DNA of 62,528 nt, filler included, from Collodictyon triciliatum (lineage: Eukaryota): the NCBI GenBank assembly GCA_043381765.1. It is 5 parts of 5 records of this genome, joined end to end, with 100 filler letters (N's around TTAATTAATTAA, not from the genome) between each part and the next. Parts side by side here need not be neighbours in the genome. Positions count along the whole stretch, not along the records: positions 1 to 22,705 come from JBHJMP010000215.1; 4 more parts are not named here. One strand, given 5' to 3'. Of the stretch, positions 1 through 13,981 are shown one piece after another. How positions within the stretch are numbered: position 1 is the first letter of the stretch; the number at the start of each line of letters is the position of its first letter. Below the pieces are notes generated by a model, which ran no database searches, was not told where the DNA came from, and worked only from the letters and a program-made list of their open reading frames with translations. A program made the translations under genes and the position numbers.

Positions 1-116
1 TATGTTTTTATGTTTTTATGTTTTTATGTTTTTATGTTTTTATGTTTTTATGTTTTTATGTTTTTATGTTTTTATGTTTTTATGTTTTTATGTTTTTTTA
101 TGTTTTTTTATGTTTT
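1..116. repeat. (ATGTTTTT)n microsatellite at scaffold start
   Basis: 8-bp unit repeated in tandem, read directly from the sequence. Confidence 0.95.
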
Positions 117-957
117 GAATAAAATCCATCTTTATTGATTATCTGATAACCTCAACATATTTGAATAATCAATAATGAACCAAATAAAAAGAAAACCTGA
201 CTTCATGGTATTAAAACTAATGATATGAGATAATGGCCTATTCTCGATTCATATTTTTTAGATTTTTGAAGTTAATGAGACATTTTTTCTATTAGTGTGT
301 TTGTTGATGAAATCATTTTATGTTACTTAATCACAACATTATCAAAATAAGAGATAATATATGTCTTCAAAATTTATTCGCCCTTAGCTGTTCGTTTGCC
401 AGAAAACAATTCAAAAAAAAAAGGTGAAATTAAAAAAAATCATGAAAAAACAAAACAAAAATAATGCAACCAATGAAGTCGAATTTTCACAGAATCTCCA
501 CTTTTCTTTCGCTTCGTGCACTGAAGTCTTAGAATTATCCGAATTATACTGATTTTGAAAATCGAACACGCCTAAAATCCATTTTTTTACAGGCTTTTAT
601 ATACAGAACTTTTAAGCGACCCACAATGCAAACGAAATGTCAATCTCAAGCAATCTTGTGGCTGTCATAACGATTGATTTGTGGCGGCGGTGTATCGCAT
701 GAAAGGTAAAAAAAGTTTCAAAATATCTGTAGGAAATGTACATAGAATTGAAGCAACATATGAAGATATATAAAATCTAGATTCATGCATTCCTAAATAA
801 ATATTTAAAATTATATGCGCAAAAATCCGTAAATTTCTCGGTATGAACTAATTGTTATGCTTTCCACTTTCAGATTTTGCAGCGTCTTGCCTTCAGTTGG
901 GTTCTATAAACTTGAAGGAATAATTTAGAACAAGACTAAGACGTAAAAGATTTTGGT

Positions 958-2028
958 TCACAAAGGCAACGCGGCCACCATCAGAGAAATCTCATTCAAA
1001 TAAGACGGCTCGTACATCGCAACGCCAGGCTCCACCGCATTCCGCACACACGATGCACAGCCAACCACAGCCGTCCTGAATAACAAAGGAAAATGGCGCT
1101 CACGCAGACCAATCTCAGACGACATCCCGCCGCCATTCTTTTTACGCCTCAAGAACGAACGCTCGTCTAACGGTGCGCAGTCTATTCAGTTCTCGATGGC
1201 TATGGCCTACTCCAAATTCTTTCGATACAAAATATCGCCGCCGACACCCTACAAAAAGTCAAAACATCAACGATGGGGAGAAACACTGGGCATCACCCAC
1301 ACCCCGCTCACCGCGAGCTGGAGANNNNNNNNNNNNNNNNNNNNNNNNNNNNNNNNNNNNNNNNNNNNNNNNNNNNNNNNNNNNNNNNNNNNNNNNNNNN
1401 NNNNNNNNNNNNNNNNNNNNNNNNNNNNNNNNNNNNNNNNNNNNNNNNNNNNNNNNNNNNNNNNNNNNNNNNNNNNNNNNNNNNNNNNNNNNNNNNNNNN
1501 NNNNNNNNNNNNNNNNNNNNNNNNNNNNNNNNNNNNNNNNNNNNNNNNNNNNNNNNNNNNNNNNNNNNNNNNNNNNNNNNNNNNNNNNNNNNNNNNNNNN
1601 NNNNNNNNNNNNNNNNNNNNNNNNNNNNNNNNNNNNNNNNNNNNNNNNNNNNNNNNNNNNNNNNNNNNNNNNNNNNNNNNNNNNNNNNNNNNNNNNNNNN
1701 NNNNNNNNNNNNNNNNNNNNNNNNNNNNNNNNNNNNNNNNNNNNNNNNNNNNNNTCAACAGCTTTCTTCGCCACCTGCACATTCTCTACTACTCCGACCC
1801 CGTGAGAAGAGATATGTGGAAAAGGCTGAGGAAAGATATTAAACCTCGCCTTGTATCTCTCATGCAAGCACAAGGCCCAGGCTACAGGCCAAATCGCAGG
1901 ATGCAATTCCTGATTACCGACAACTTCTCCGCCACCTGCCACCAAGTAGCGTTCATGCAAACGAAACCTAGCGAACCAAAGCCAATTCTCCACCATTTTG
2001 CACAAAATTGAAAGGAAGAATAAAAAAA
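958..2028 (+). mobile_element. Putative 3' remnant of a non-LTR retrotransposon (LINE ORF2 C-terminus plus short A tail), interrupted by an N gap
   Basis: Intronless C/A-rich reading frame with one internal stop near 1001 (..YSKFFRYKISPPTPYKKSKHQRWGETLG..W..HHFAQN*), followed by GAAAGGAAGAATAAAAAAA. Its last ~85 bp are homologous to the TSD-flanked inverted copy at 2531-2625. No RT domain is visible, so the class is inferred. Confidence 0.6.
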
Positions 2029-2513
2029 TGAGGTCATTCCCACTAGGCAGATCACATTGATGAAATACGATGGGAAGTGTGGTATCTTCAAGAAAATAAA
2101 CTTCGAAAAAAAAGCATAGGAATTCAACTTGCCTATATTCATCAGAGACAGCCCCTCTTGATACCAGGCTTGAAAACTTTGCGCATCTGAATCACATCTT
2201 TGGAGACCTTTGAGCAGGGCATATCAGTCGACTCTCAAACCCAAACTCACCTGCAAACCACATCGTTGTTATGGCCAAGGTCATTACCAGCACCTGGGAG
2301 ATTTCCCAAATACAACAAACATACTCTAAAGACCGCTCCGCGGTATGATTGGAAGACCGTAAACTATCCAGAGAAGATATTTTTGCACTCGACCTAGTGC
2401 CATTCTAACTCAATACAAACTTCGCCTGTCCACCATCCTTTCTACAACTTGCGCCAAAGTAGTATTCCGATACCCTTCCGCTGCCCTCTAAACCTAACCA
2501 AGCCCGCTAACTT

Positions 2514-2642
2514 TCCCCTCTCAAGGACTTTTTTTTATTCTTCCTTTCAATTCTGTGCAGGACCGTGGGGATGTTGGCTTTGGCTCGCTAGCCATCGTTT
2601 GTATGGGCGCTACTTGTCAGCCGGCTCCCCTCTCAAGGACTT
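2514..2642 (-). mobile_element. 5'-truncated retroposed copy (~95 bp) with 17-bp target-site duplication
   Basis: Direct repeats TCCCCTCTCAAGGACTT at 2514-2530 and 2626-2642. The reverse complement of the insert (CAAGTAGCG..CAAACGA..CTAGCGA.CCAAAGCCAA..TGCACA.AATTGAAAGGAAGAATAAAAAAA) aligns to 1943-2028 and ends in an A tail. Confidence 0.85.
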
Positions 2643-3802
2643 GTAAAGAATCCTATCCTGAAGGGAATCCCTGGTCTCTTATCAAGCCCCAGGGCCATTC
2701 CCTCCTTTTCTCTTCCTCTTCATCCTTCATTTCCTTTCTCTATCCTATACTATCCTGATGGGACATCCGCCATCACTTCCCCTTTTACCTCGGAATATTT
2801 GCTGGGTGGTTGGAAAAAAGGTTGTTGGCACAGGCGCCAACAGCTGAGTCTATCATGAATAAAAAGAATCCTCGATGCGGTGATATGTGGTGCTTAGACA
2901 ACCAATGACAGCCAATTAGTTACCACGTCTGGAAATTATAGATTGTAAGATTGTTACTCTTTCAGTATCATACATTTTATACTTGCATAATGTTTTTAGT
3001 AGCAGAATGAAATACATTAGCTTAATTATACCCTGCACAACATTCCAGACACTCATCCATGACATCACAGACTCCATCACTCGCCAAAGTGCACATTCGC
3101 GGTGTCTGCAATCTCCTCATTTGGAGACGGCATGTGGCGCTGACTGTGTTCGACACGCACACACCTGGAAAATGCAGGGGTTATGAAACACGAGATAAAA
3201 CTACCAAAACACTCGCTCGCACTCGGCTCATCCAACAAAACAAAAAACAAAAAACAAAAAACGAATAACAAAAAACAAAAAACAAAAAACAAAAAACAAA
3301 AAACAAAAAACAAAAAACAAAAAAACAAAAAAACAANNNNNNNNNNNNNNNNNNNNNNNNNNNNNNNNNNNNNNNNNNNNNNNNNNNNNNNNNNNNNNNN
3401 NNNNNNNNNNNNNNNNNNNNNNNNNNNNNNNNNNNNNNNNNNNNNNNNNNNNNNNNNNNNNNNNNNNNNNNNNNNNNNNNNNNNNNNNNNNNNNNNNNNN
3501 NNNNNNNNNNNNNNNNNNNNNNNNNNNNNNNNNNNNNNNNNNNNNNNNNNNNNNNNNNNNNNNNNNNNNNNNNNNNNNNNNNNNNNNNNNNNNNNNNNNN
3601 NNNNNNNNNNNNNNNNNNNNNNNNNNNNNNNNNNNNNNNNNNNNNNNNNNNNNNNNNNNNNNNNNNNNNNNNNNNNNNNNNNNNNNNNNNNNNNNNNNNN
3701 NNNNNNNNNNNNNNNNNNNNNNNNNNNNNNNNNNNNNNNNNNNNNNNNNNNNNNNNNNNNNNNNNNNNNNNNNNNNNNNNNNNNNNNNNNNNNNNNNNNN
3801 NN

Positions 3803-3901
<99 letters not shown>

Positions 3902-3909
3902 CCATAGAC

Positions 3910-6432
<2,523 letters not shown>

Positions 6433-6959
6433 TTGCTTTGTTATGATTGAGTTGAGCTGGACACACACAAAAGTTAATAGATTTTGATGATGTCTGAGTG
6501 ACCGCAAAAAAATTGAAGTGCTTTGCATAATGTTAGATGCATTTTTTTTATTTTACTGTTTATTGTTCATATTCGGTGCGGGTTGTTTAGAATAAGCATT
6601 TTGAATCATTTTAGCCCATATAATCGTTTCTATTATGTACACAATAGCGGCAACAAATGGCGACAGTTAAGAAGACGCCGAGCCATAGCGAGATATTATT
6701 CAAACGCATCATAGGAATAAAAAGAAGAAAAATTTAAAACCATCATTTCTGCGTTACTAGCTCCAGAAAACTGCAGCGATGAAGCCCAACTTGCTGGGAA
6801 TCTTCCTCATCAATCTTTGTGATGCAAGCGCACGAACAAAACTTACATACAAAACACATTTTAATATCTGGACGGAATTGCGCAATGAATGAAGGGTATG
6901 TGAGCTTTTGCAAAGACTAGGGATGCATTTCGTGTGGTGATGCGAGACACATCTTTGGG

Positions 6960-7495
6960 CTAGGAGGGTTTTGTAGGGGCCAACCCCCAAAGACTGAAGG
7001 GCTGCTGCGAGCTGTCAGCCGCGCCTGGGGTTGGTTGGAAGGGCGAGTGCATCGGACGGACGTTTTGCTGGGCAGTGAGGAACTGCTGAGGAAGCGACTG
7101 CATAGAGAAGGCGGAAGGTGGCAGCTGGCCTTGCATCTGCTGAGGAAGCGACTGCATCGGTAGCAGCAGCGGCAGGGAATGCGGCATCTGTGCGGACGGG
7201 GCCATCTGCATGTGCCACATCGTGCTTTGGGACTGCGGCCATCCCATCTGCCCGGCGCTCTGGTCGAGGAGGCTCGGGTACATTGTGTGTGCATCAAACA
7301 TGGACGGCACTGCTGCATTAACCGACGGGGCGGGTGGGTTGCTTGCTGGGGGAATCGGGGCGGAGGCAGGTCGCGAGGTGCCGGGATTGCTGGGCGGCGA
7401 GACAGTCTGCGGCGGAGCGGGTTTGGCCACAGGGCTGAGCACATGGGCTGGAGATGATGTGGGTGCCGGGGCGGTGAAGGCCGAGGAATGCGGGC
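6960..7495 (-). CDS. Terminal exon of an unidentified Pro/Gln/Ser/Met-rich protein; upstream exons lost at the gap
   Basis: GC-rich open frame from acceptor GACAG| at 7495 to a stop at 6960. No recognisable domain. Confidence 0.55.
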
Positions 7496-8036
7496 CTGTC
7501 ATCGTGGGATGTGCGGTTAAGTGTGTATGTGTGTGTATGTATGTATGTATGTATGTATGTATGTATGTATGTATGTATGTATGTATGTATGTATGTATGT
7601 ATGTATGTATGTATGTATGTATGTATGTNNNNNNNNNNNNNNNNNNNNNNNNNNNNNNNNNNNNNNNNNNNNNNNNNNNNNNNNNNNNNNNNNNNNNNNN
7701 NNNNNNNNNNNNNNNNNNNNNNNNNNNNAAAAAGAAAAAGAAAAAGAAAAAGAAAAAGAAAAAGAAAAAGAAAAAGAAAAGAAAAAGAAAAGAAAAAGAA
7801 GAAAAGAAAAAAAAAAGAAAGAATAAAAATAAAAAAAGAGAGAAAAAGAAAAAGAAATGAAAAAGAAAAGGAAAAAAAAGAGAAAACGTATGATCAAGAA
7901 AAAAAAGAGAAAAATAAAGAAAGAAAGAGAAAAAGAAAAAGTAAAGAAAAGAGAGATGGTATTGTGAAGCAGGCAGCATTTCCGACTTTTTATAAAGGGG
8001 CGTATTATAATGCATATTCGTATGGTTGGCCCGAGT

Positions 8037-11000
8037 CTAAACGGAGCCAGCCCTCTTATCCAAAAGCTCAATAATCTGGCGGAAAGATGGACGAAGGCCT
8101 GGGTCTAAATGACTGCAGCTTTTCATCGCGTCGAAATACCGAGGTGAAAGCTTGTACATAATGTAGTCCATGTGCGGAATAGGGCCGGGTGGGTTGCCCC
8201 TCTCCACAGCGTGCATTATCTGAGGTGGACTCATTCCTACGGGTTCATTTCAGATGGATGAAAAAGAAAGGAAAAGGGAGGATACGGATACGAAAAAATA
8301 AAATAAAAAAAGGAAGAAAAAAAAAAGGCTGGGCAATTACCAGCGTAAGGTGGTCGGCAGGTAAGTAACTCCCACATGATGACACCAAATGAATACACAT
8401 CTGCCTTCTCAGAATACCTGAAAGCTACGAATTAGTTGGGGGACAATAAACGCTTCCAGACCTTTCACCAAGCGCCGGGTATGCTGTCTTTGTTGCTACA
8501 GTTGTGATGGTCATAAGAGAAAAGAACCGAGACCTTCCCTGCAGTACTTCTGGAGCCATCCATGCAGGGGTGCCACATCTTGTTTGATAGTTTGTTGTAT
8601 ATGCGTGTTGGCGAACTTTGGCCATCCCAAAATCTGTCACTTTTGCATTCCACGCTTGGTCAACCTTGACAAATGAACATTTCGTAGTAGCCCGGAGTTT
8701 ACGTATTGGTATATTCAGAAAGAAAGAACATAATCAATTCGTGTCTTTAAGAAAAGCGGAAAGGAATGATAAACTATGGTATAAAAGGAACTTACAAGTA
8801 CATTTAGACTCTTCAAGTCCCGATGGCAGATTTGCGGTTTGTTTTCATGGAGGTAGCATATGGCTCTCGCGATGTGGATTGAAAATGCTATCCTCAATTG
8901 GGGATTTTGTTTGACGTCAACTGTCCTAAGCAATTCAAACAAGTTCCCTCTTTCACAGAATTCAGAGACCATGCAAAGGTTTGGGGCCTTGAGACAGGCA
9001 CCAATAAATCGACAAATGTTTTCATGACTCACTCTCCTGTTTAATAAATCAAAGTGAGCTAGTTTTGAAGTAGTTTTGAATATATATATAAATAGATCAA
9101 CAAATATAAATGTATTATCCAAATAACAAAACATGGAACAACACCATCACCACTATCACACATTTCTGACACTCAGAGATAAACAGGGGATAATTAGCGT
9201 TTTACATATTTAAAATCTTGTATTTTTCATCTGTTATGTCATGATATAAAATGAACCGACAATCATATTAGTTTCCAGACCTCAATATCTCGACTTCGTT
9301 GAAAAAGTCCCTTTGCACGCTTTCTGCATTTGCCAAAACTTTCAATTTCTTGATTGCGACAGTTTGATCCCTGTATCTGCCTTTGAAGACTTCGCCAAAC
9401 TCTCCACTACCAATGAGTGGACCTAACCAAAGCTCGCTAGATGTATTATTTTTTTTAAGAAAAAAAAAAACTAATGTTCATCTGTCCAACACACGATAAT
9501 GATAGGGTCATGTTTTGTTAAAGCTATTGCGATAATACGAAGAAAAAGGCTTGAATATTCGAGGGTGATATGACTAGGATATGCGTGTGTACAACTCTTG
9601 TGAGATATATGGATATAACATATATAATAATCTTCTAACAATCAATAGGACTTAAGTATATCGGAATTCACCTAAATTCTATATTTGTTGAAACAGGAGC
9701 AGAGCTACTTGTTGCTCGGACAATATCTTGAGATAGAGACTACGCGTATAAAAAAAATGCGCAGGCTTTGTTTTACAACTTGTTTAAATATTCATCAAAG
9801 AAATTTTTTGTGATAGAGTGTGCTATCGATATCATGTTTAGACTAGAAATGCTTGATGCCATTTTGGTAGAAAAGCAATTATTTTTCAATCTCACCCGAG
9901 CTCTGCGTTCGTCTGGTTTAAGAGCTGGGTTGAGATTCAGTTTTTGTCCCAGAGATTCATCTACAACTTGGTACACGTGATTGGCCGCTTACATGTGAAA
10001 GGCACCATTATAAAGTAGAAAATATATGCAGAAGTAAGCAACATAGGGTGGCTAATTTGACTATTCGTAAACATCAGCTCAATAATTTAATATATTAGGC
10101 TGCAAAACCCAACGAAAACAACAGTGATAATCATAATCATCATCACCATAATAATAACAATAATATATGTTGAAAAATGTCATTGAGTAGTAATTTTACG
10201 GGGCCGGCTTGGGGATGGAACAGCTTTGAAGTCAAGAGGCACTGAGGGTCGGTTGGGGAAGTAGTCTTGCAAAGAAACTTGTATGGGTTGTGCTTGTGAT
10301 GTAGCAGGCGATGACATTTGGGTAGGATTCAACCCGGATATTTGAATAAAATTTGCATGTTGTGGAGATTGTGGTGTTTGATTGAATCCTGTGTTTTGAA
10401 ACCCGGGTGTAGAAGTGGGTGCATATGTTACTGGTGCGGCTGGATTTTGTGGTGATACTCGTGTGGTTGGGGTATAATCCTTCTGTCCGACTCTGATCTG
10501 AGTTTCACTCGGAGTGGCTCGAGGGACATTAACCCGAGGATTCATATTTGTGATCCCTTGAGTGATGTGCTCCACCTGGGGTGAAACGCTGAGAATTAGC
10601 TGTTATCAACGATAAGAAATATAAATAAATAAAAAAGAACACTAATTAATTTATCAATTTTTAATTACAACTTTAGCGAATGAAATTTTTTATTTTTACT
10701 TGCTGGGGAGTAGGTTGAGGTAAACGAGGCGATGGCTGACTAAAATCTTGCAGCGGTCGTGTGAATCGAGACGTCGAAATGGGTTGAGCAGGGCTCGACG
10801 GGACCTGTGTCGAAACCACTTGCAAGGAAGGCCTTGGAGGCTGTGTTGCTGCGTAAGGAGTGGTTTGCGAAGGTGTTTGTATCGTTGGTTGGCTTGCAGA
10901 AGCAGAAACGGGAGTAGCCATGACATTTCCTTGTGATGGATTTCGAGTGAAAGTTGGTGACTGTAGTTGACTCTGTGCGATATTGGTTGGCTTTGACGCG

Positions 11001-12734
11001 TCTGCTGAAGCTTGAAAACGGTCGTAAAATAAGGGCAAGATGTCTGTATGCTGCTTTTCTTTTGCAACCTGGAATGCTGTCTTATTCTTTTTAGAAAACA
11101 CATGCACATCTGCTGAGGCACGTAAAAGTGAAGAAACGACAGAGTATCTCCCGTTGTGGCATGCACGATGAAGTGGCGTTTCTCCATCAAGATCCTGAAG
11201 ATTTGGATCGGCCCCAGCAGTAAGTAGGAATTCGACCACTTTCTGATGACCTTGTGCAGCTGCCAGATGTAGAGCAGATTGTCCACTAAAATCTGTTGCG
11301 GAGAGGACCGCATTATTGGAGTGAAGTTTCCTGACAGCAAGCAAATTTCCATTATCAGCAGCAAAATGAAAGGGGGTTTGCCCTTGGTGGTCGCTCTGCT
11401 GCACGATAGCACCCATGTCCAAAAACGTTTCCAGCAAGTCCACATCATTATTAGGCCACAAAGTCACGAGATGGAGTGGAGAGACGCCTTCATCGTTGCT
11501 AATGTCCAGTCGAGCGTGCGATTCTAGAAGCGCAATCACGACGACATAATGCTGACCGTGCTGCGGAGAGATGGGGTTTAGATCAATCTTTCCTTTCAAT
11601 GAATATATCAAAGGTGTGTTGCCACGCGCACACTTGGCATGAACATTTGCCTTTTTCTGAAGTAGATAACCAACAATGTCGGGATTTGCGTAGTAGGCGG
11701 ATATGTGGAGTAATGTGAGTCCGTCTGTATTGGTCGAGTCTACATGGATGCTTAGTCCTTGGAAATGCTTCTTAAAAGTCTCAAGGTCTCCGTTTGCCGC
11801 ATCATCCCAGAGATCAATATCCTTGAATACCCAAGCATTTGAGGATGTAACCTGGATAGGTCCCTCGGGGACTTCAATCGGCCGGTTTAGTCCCGGTGCA
11901 CCTTCAGTCTGATCTGACTCGATAGATGCTGGCCGCACCGTGTTTGCTCTCGTAGCATTTGGTAGTTGTGGTTGTGACTGTCCTTGAGGTTGTAGAAACT
12001 GAGATACTTCAGAAACAGAGTCGGGCGGTGCAATGACGGGTAGTAATTGGTCGGGTCGAGGCTCTGGTTTCATCGGTATGCGACTAGTTTCGGACGGATG
12101 TGAAGATTCTGAGTCTGCTGTAGGAGATATCGCAGAAATTCCCTGGCTGAATAGCGGGTGAATGTAGGTGTTTGCCTGTAAGGAGGATTGTGAACTTGAC
12201 TGAACCGATGAGATTGGAGGGGATGGTTCTTGCTTCCTAGCCCTGTCTATTGGAGCTATGAGCACAAAGGAGAAAGTTTATTCTTTTAGACGTATATGAT
12301 GGGTGTGTGATATAAAAGAGGCACGGATGGGTGAAAAAAAAGGTTAAAAAATCTTGTCAAATATAACAAATTATCTGAATCGCGTAATAACATAATATAA
12401 TATAGTACAATGTAATATACTATAATATAGTACAATGTAATATACTATAATATAAACCAGGATTTGACGGAGGATGTATCGTGGTAATAGCAGCAGGGCG
12501 AATGGGAAATCCAGGGTCGTGAAGCAGACTGACCGACTCGCCAAGGCCACGGGCAGAAGCCTGCTTAGGGATGTCTTCCTCCTGGATGGGCAGAATCTGC
12601 ATCAGATATTCCACTGCATGGTCTGGGTCGTTTCCGCCCGTGACTTCGAGGCCGACAATCGCATTTTCACGGGAGAAGCCGATCTCCATGATCCGGCGGA
12701 TCATTTCCTCAGAGTCCACACGCTCCTCCTCCAT
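8037..12734 (-). CDS. UBA domain + ankyrin repeats + TKL (Raf/MLK-like) protein kinase, 10 exons
   Basis: UBA-like MIRRIMEIGFSRENAIVGLEVTGGNDPDHAVEYLM; several ankyrin repeats (GQSALHLAA, GETPLHRAC); kinase motifs IGSGEFGEVFKG, VAIK, HENICRFIG, HRDLKSLNVLV, VTDFG, CGTPAWMAPEVL, YSEKADVYSFG, RPSF. Nine GT-AG introns join these in frame. Confidence 0.88.
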
Positions 12735-12932
12735 TCTATGGAGGTGAATACAAGAGTTGGAAGTAGCCGATGTTTAGACTTCTGTGTTTTGGGGGCGGAA
12801 TTGCGGGGCTCTGCAGAGAGCGTCAAGGCTGCGTTTCTGTCCGAGATTTCCCGCTGTGATATGGTGTTTTTTTCCTCTTCTTTGGAAGCTATGTACTTAA
12901 AGGGACCCACGGCTATGGCTGTGTGAGCCAAA

Positions 12933-13010
<78 letters not shown>

Positions 13011-13981
13011 TAAAAATAATAATAATAAAAATAAAAATGATCATTGCATATCGATAAAGCCTGGGGTTGTCGGGCTTGCTACAGCATTACCATGGCGGAC
13101 TCTTGAATACTGCGAATCTCAAAGACAAAAGCTGCTTTGCCAGCTCTGCATTCTTCGCTTGAGTCTGGTTGCTTTCCCACGACTGCTTCCAGGGTGATCT
13201 GAACGAGGCCATTGCCCGAAGGGGTCTTTCATATTCCACAATTAGAATATTTGTTGATCTAAAGTGCTGTTTACACAACTGGAGCTTGCAATTCGAAATT
13301 AGGGCGGAAAACTACCATGTGCGATTCTATACATCAACAAGTATACTTTCTTGCTATTATTTCAAGGAAGCAAAGGTAATCAATTGGAGTATCATCCTCT
13401 AACTGATTCAAAAATATAATTGTATGTATATTCCACAAATAATAAAACCATGAGTTAGTACAACTTCCATTCCCATATTTCGTCATTTACTATCCATTCT
13501 TGGAGCAGCCATTAACCTTCTCTTTCCCTTTTTCGTCAGCTGTTCGATTCCCACAACCCACAGACATTCGCTCAAAGTCGTCACGTTTTTTGTTTCCTGC
13601 TCGATAACTTTCTTCTCCAACACGGCACACTTGTTTGTTTTTTTTTTTTTTTTTTTTATGTATATGTATAACTTATTATCTTTCTTGACTTACTCACATC
13701 GATAAGCAACAGACTTTCGTGCCTTTGCCTGTGCGCTTCTCCTAGGGCGCTTTTCTGGACATGGAAAATATGAATCTTTACACTGTTTACTTTAGTCACT
13801 GTATTATTATTTCATCGAATTATCTTCCTCTGATATTTTTTTTTTATGCATACATATACATCAGGTAACTAACAAAAGTGTAAGATATTCTTTGCGCAGG
13901 GAGAGGCAAAAGGCTGCACAAAAGCTTCTGAGAAAGACCGACAAAGTTGCAGTTACTGCCGCAGTTGCCAACAGGATTCCC

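Noticed and set aside
12396-12453. 25-bp tandem duplication in kinase intron 1
   Set aside because: Simple AT-rich slippage duplication with no spacers; not CRISPR-like.
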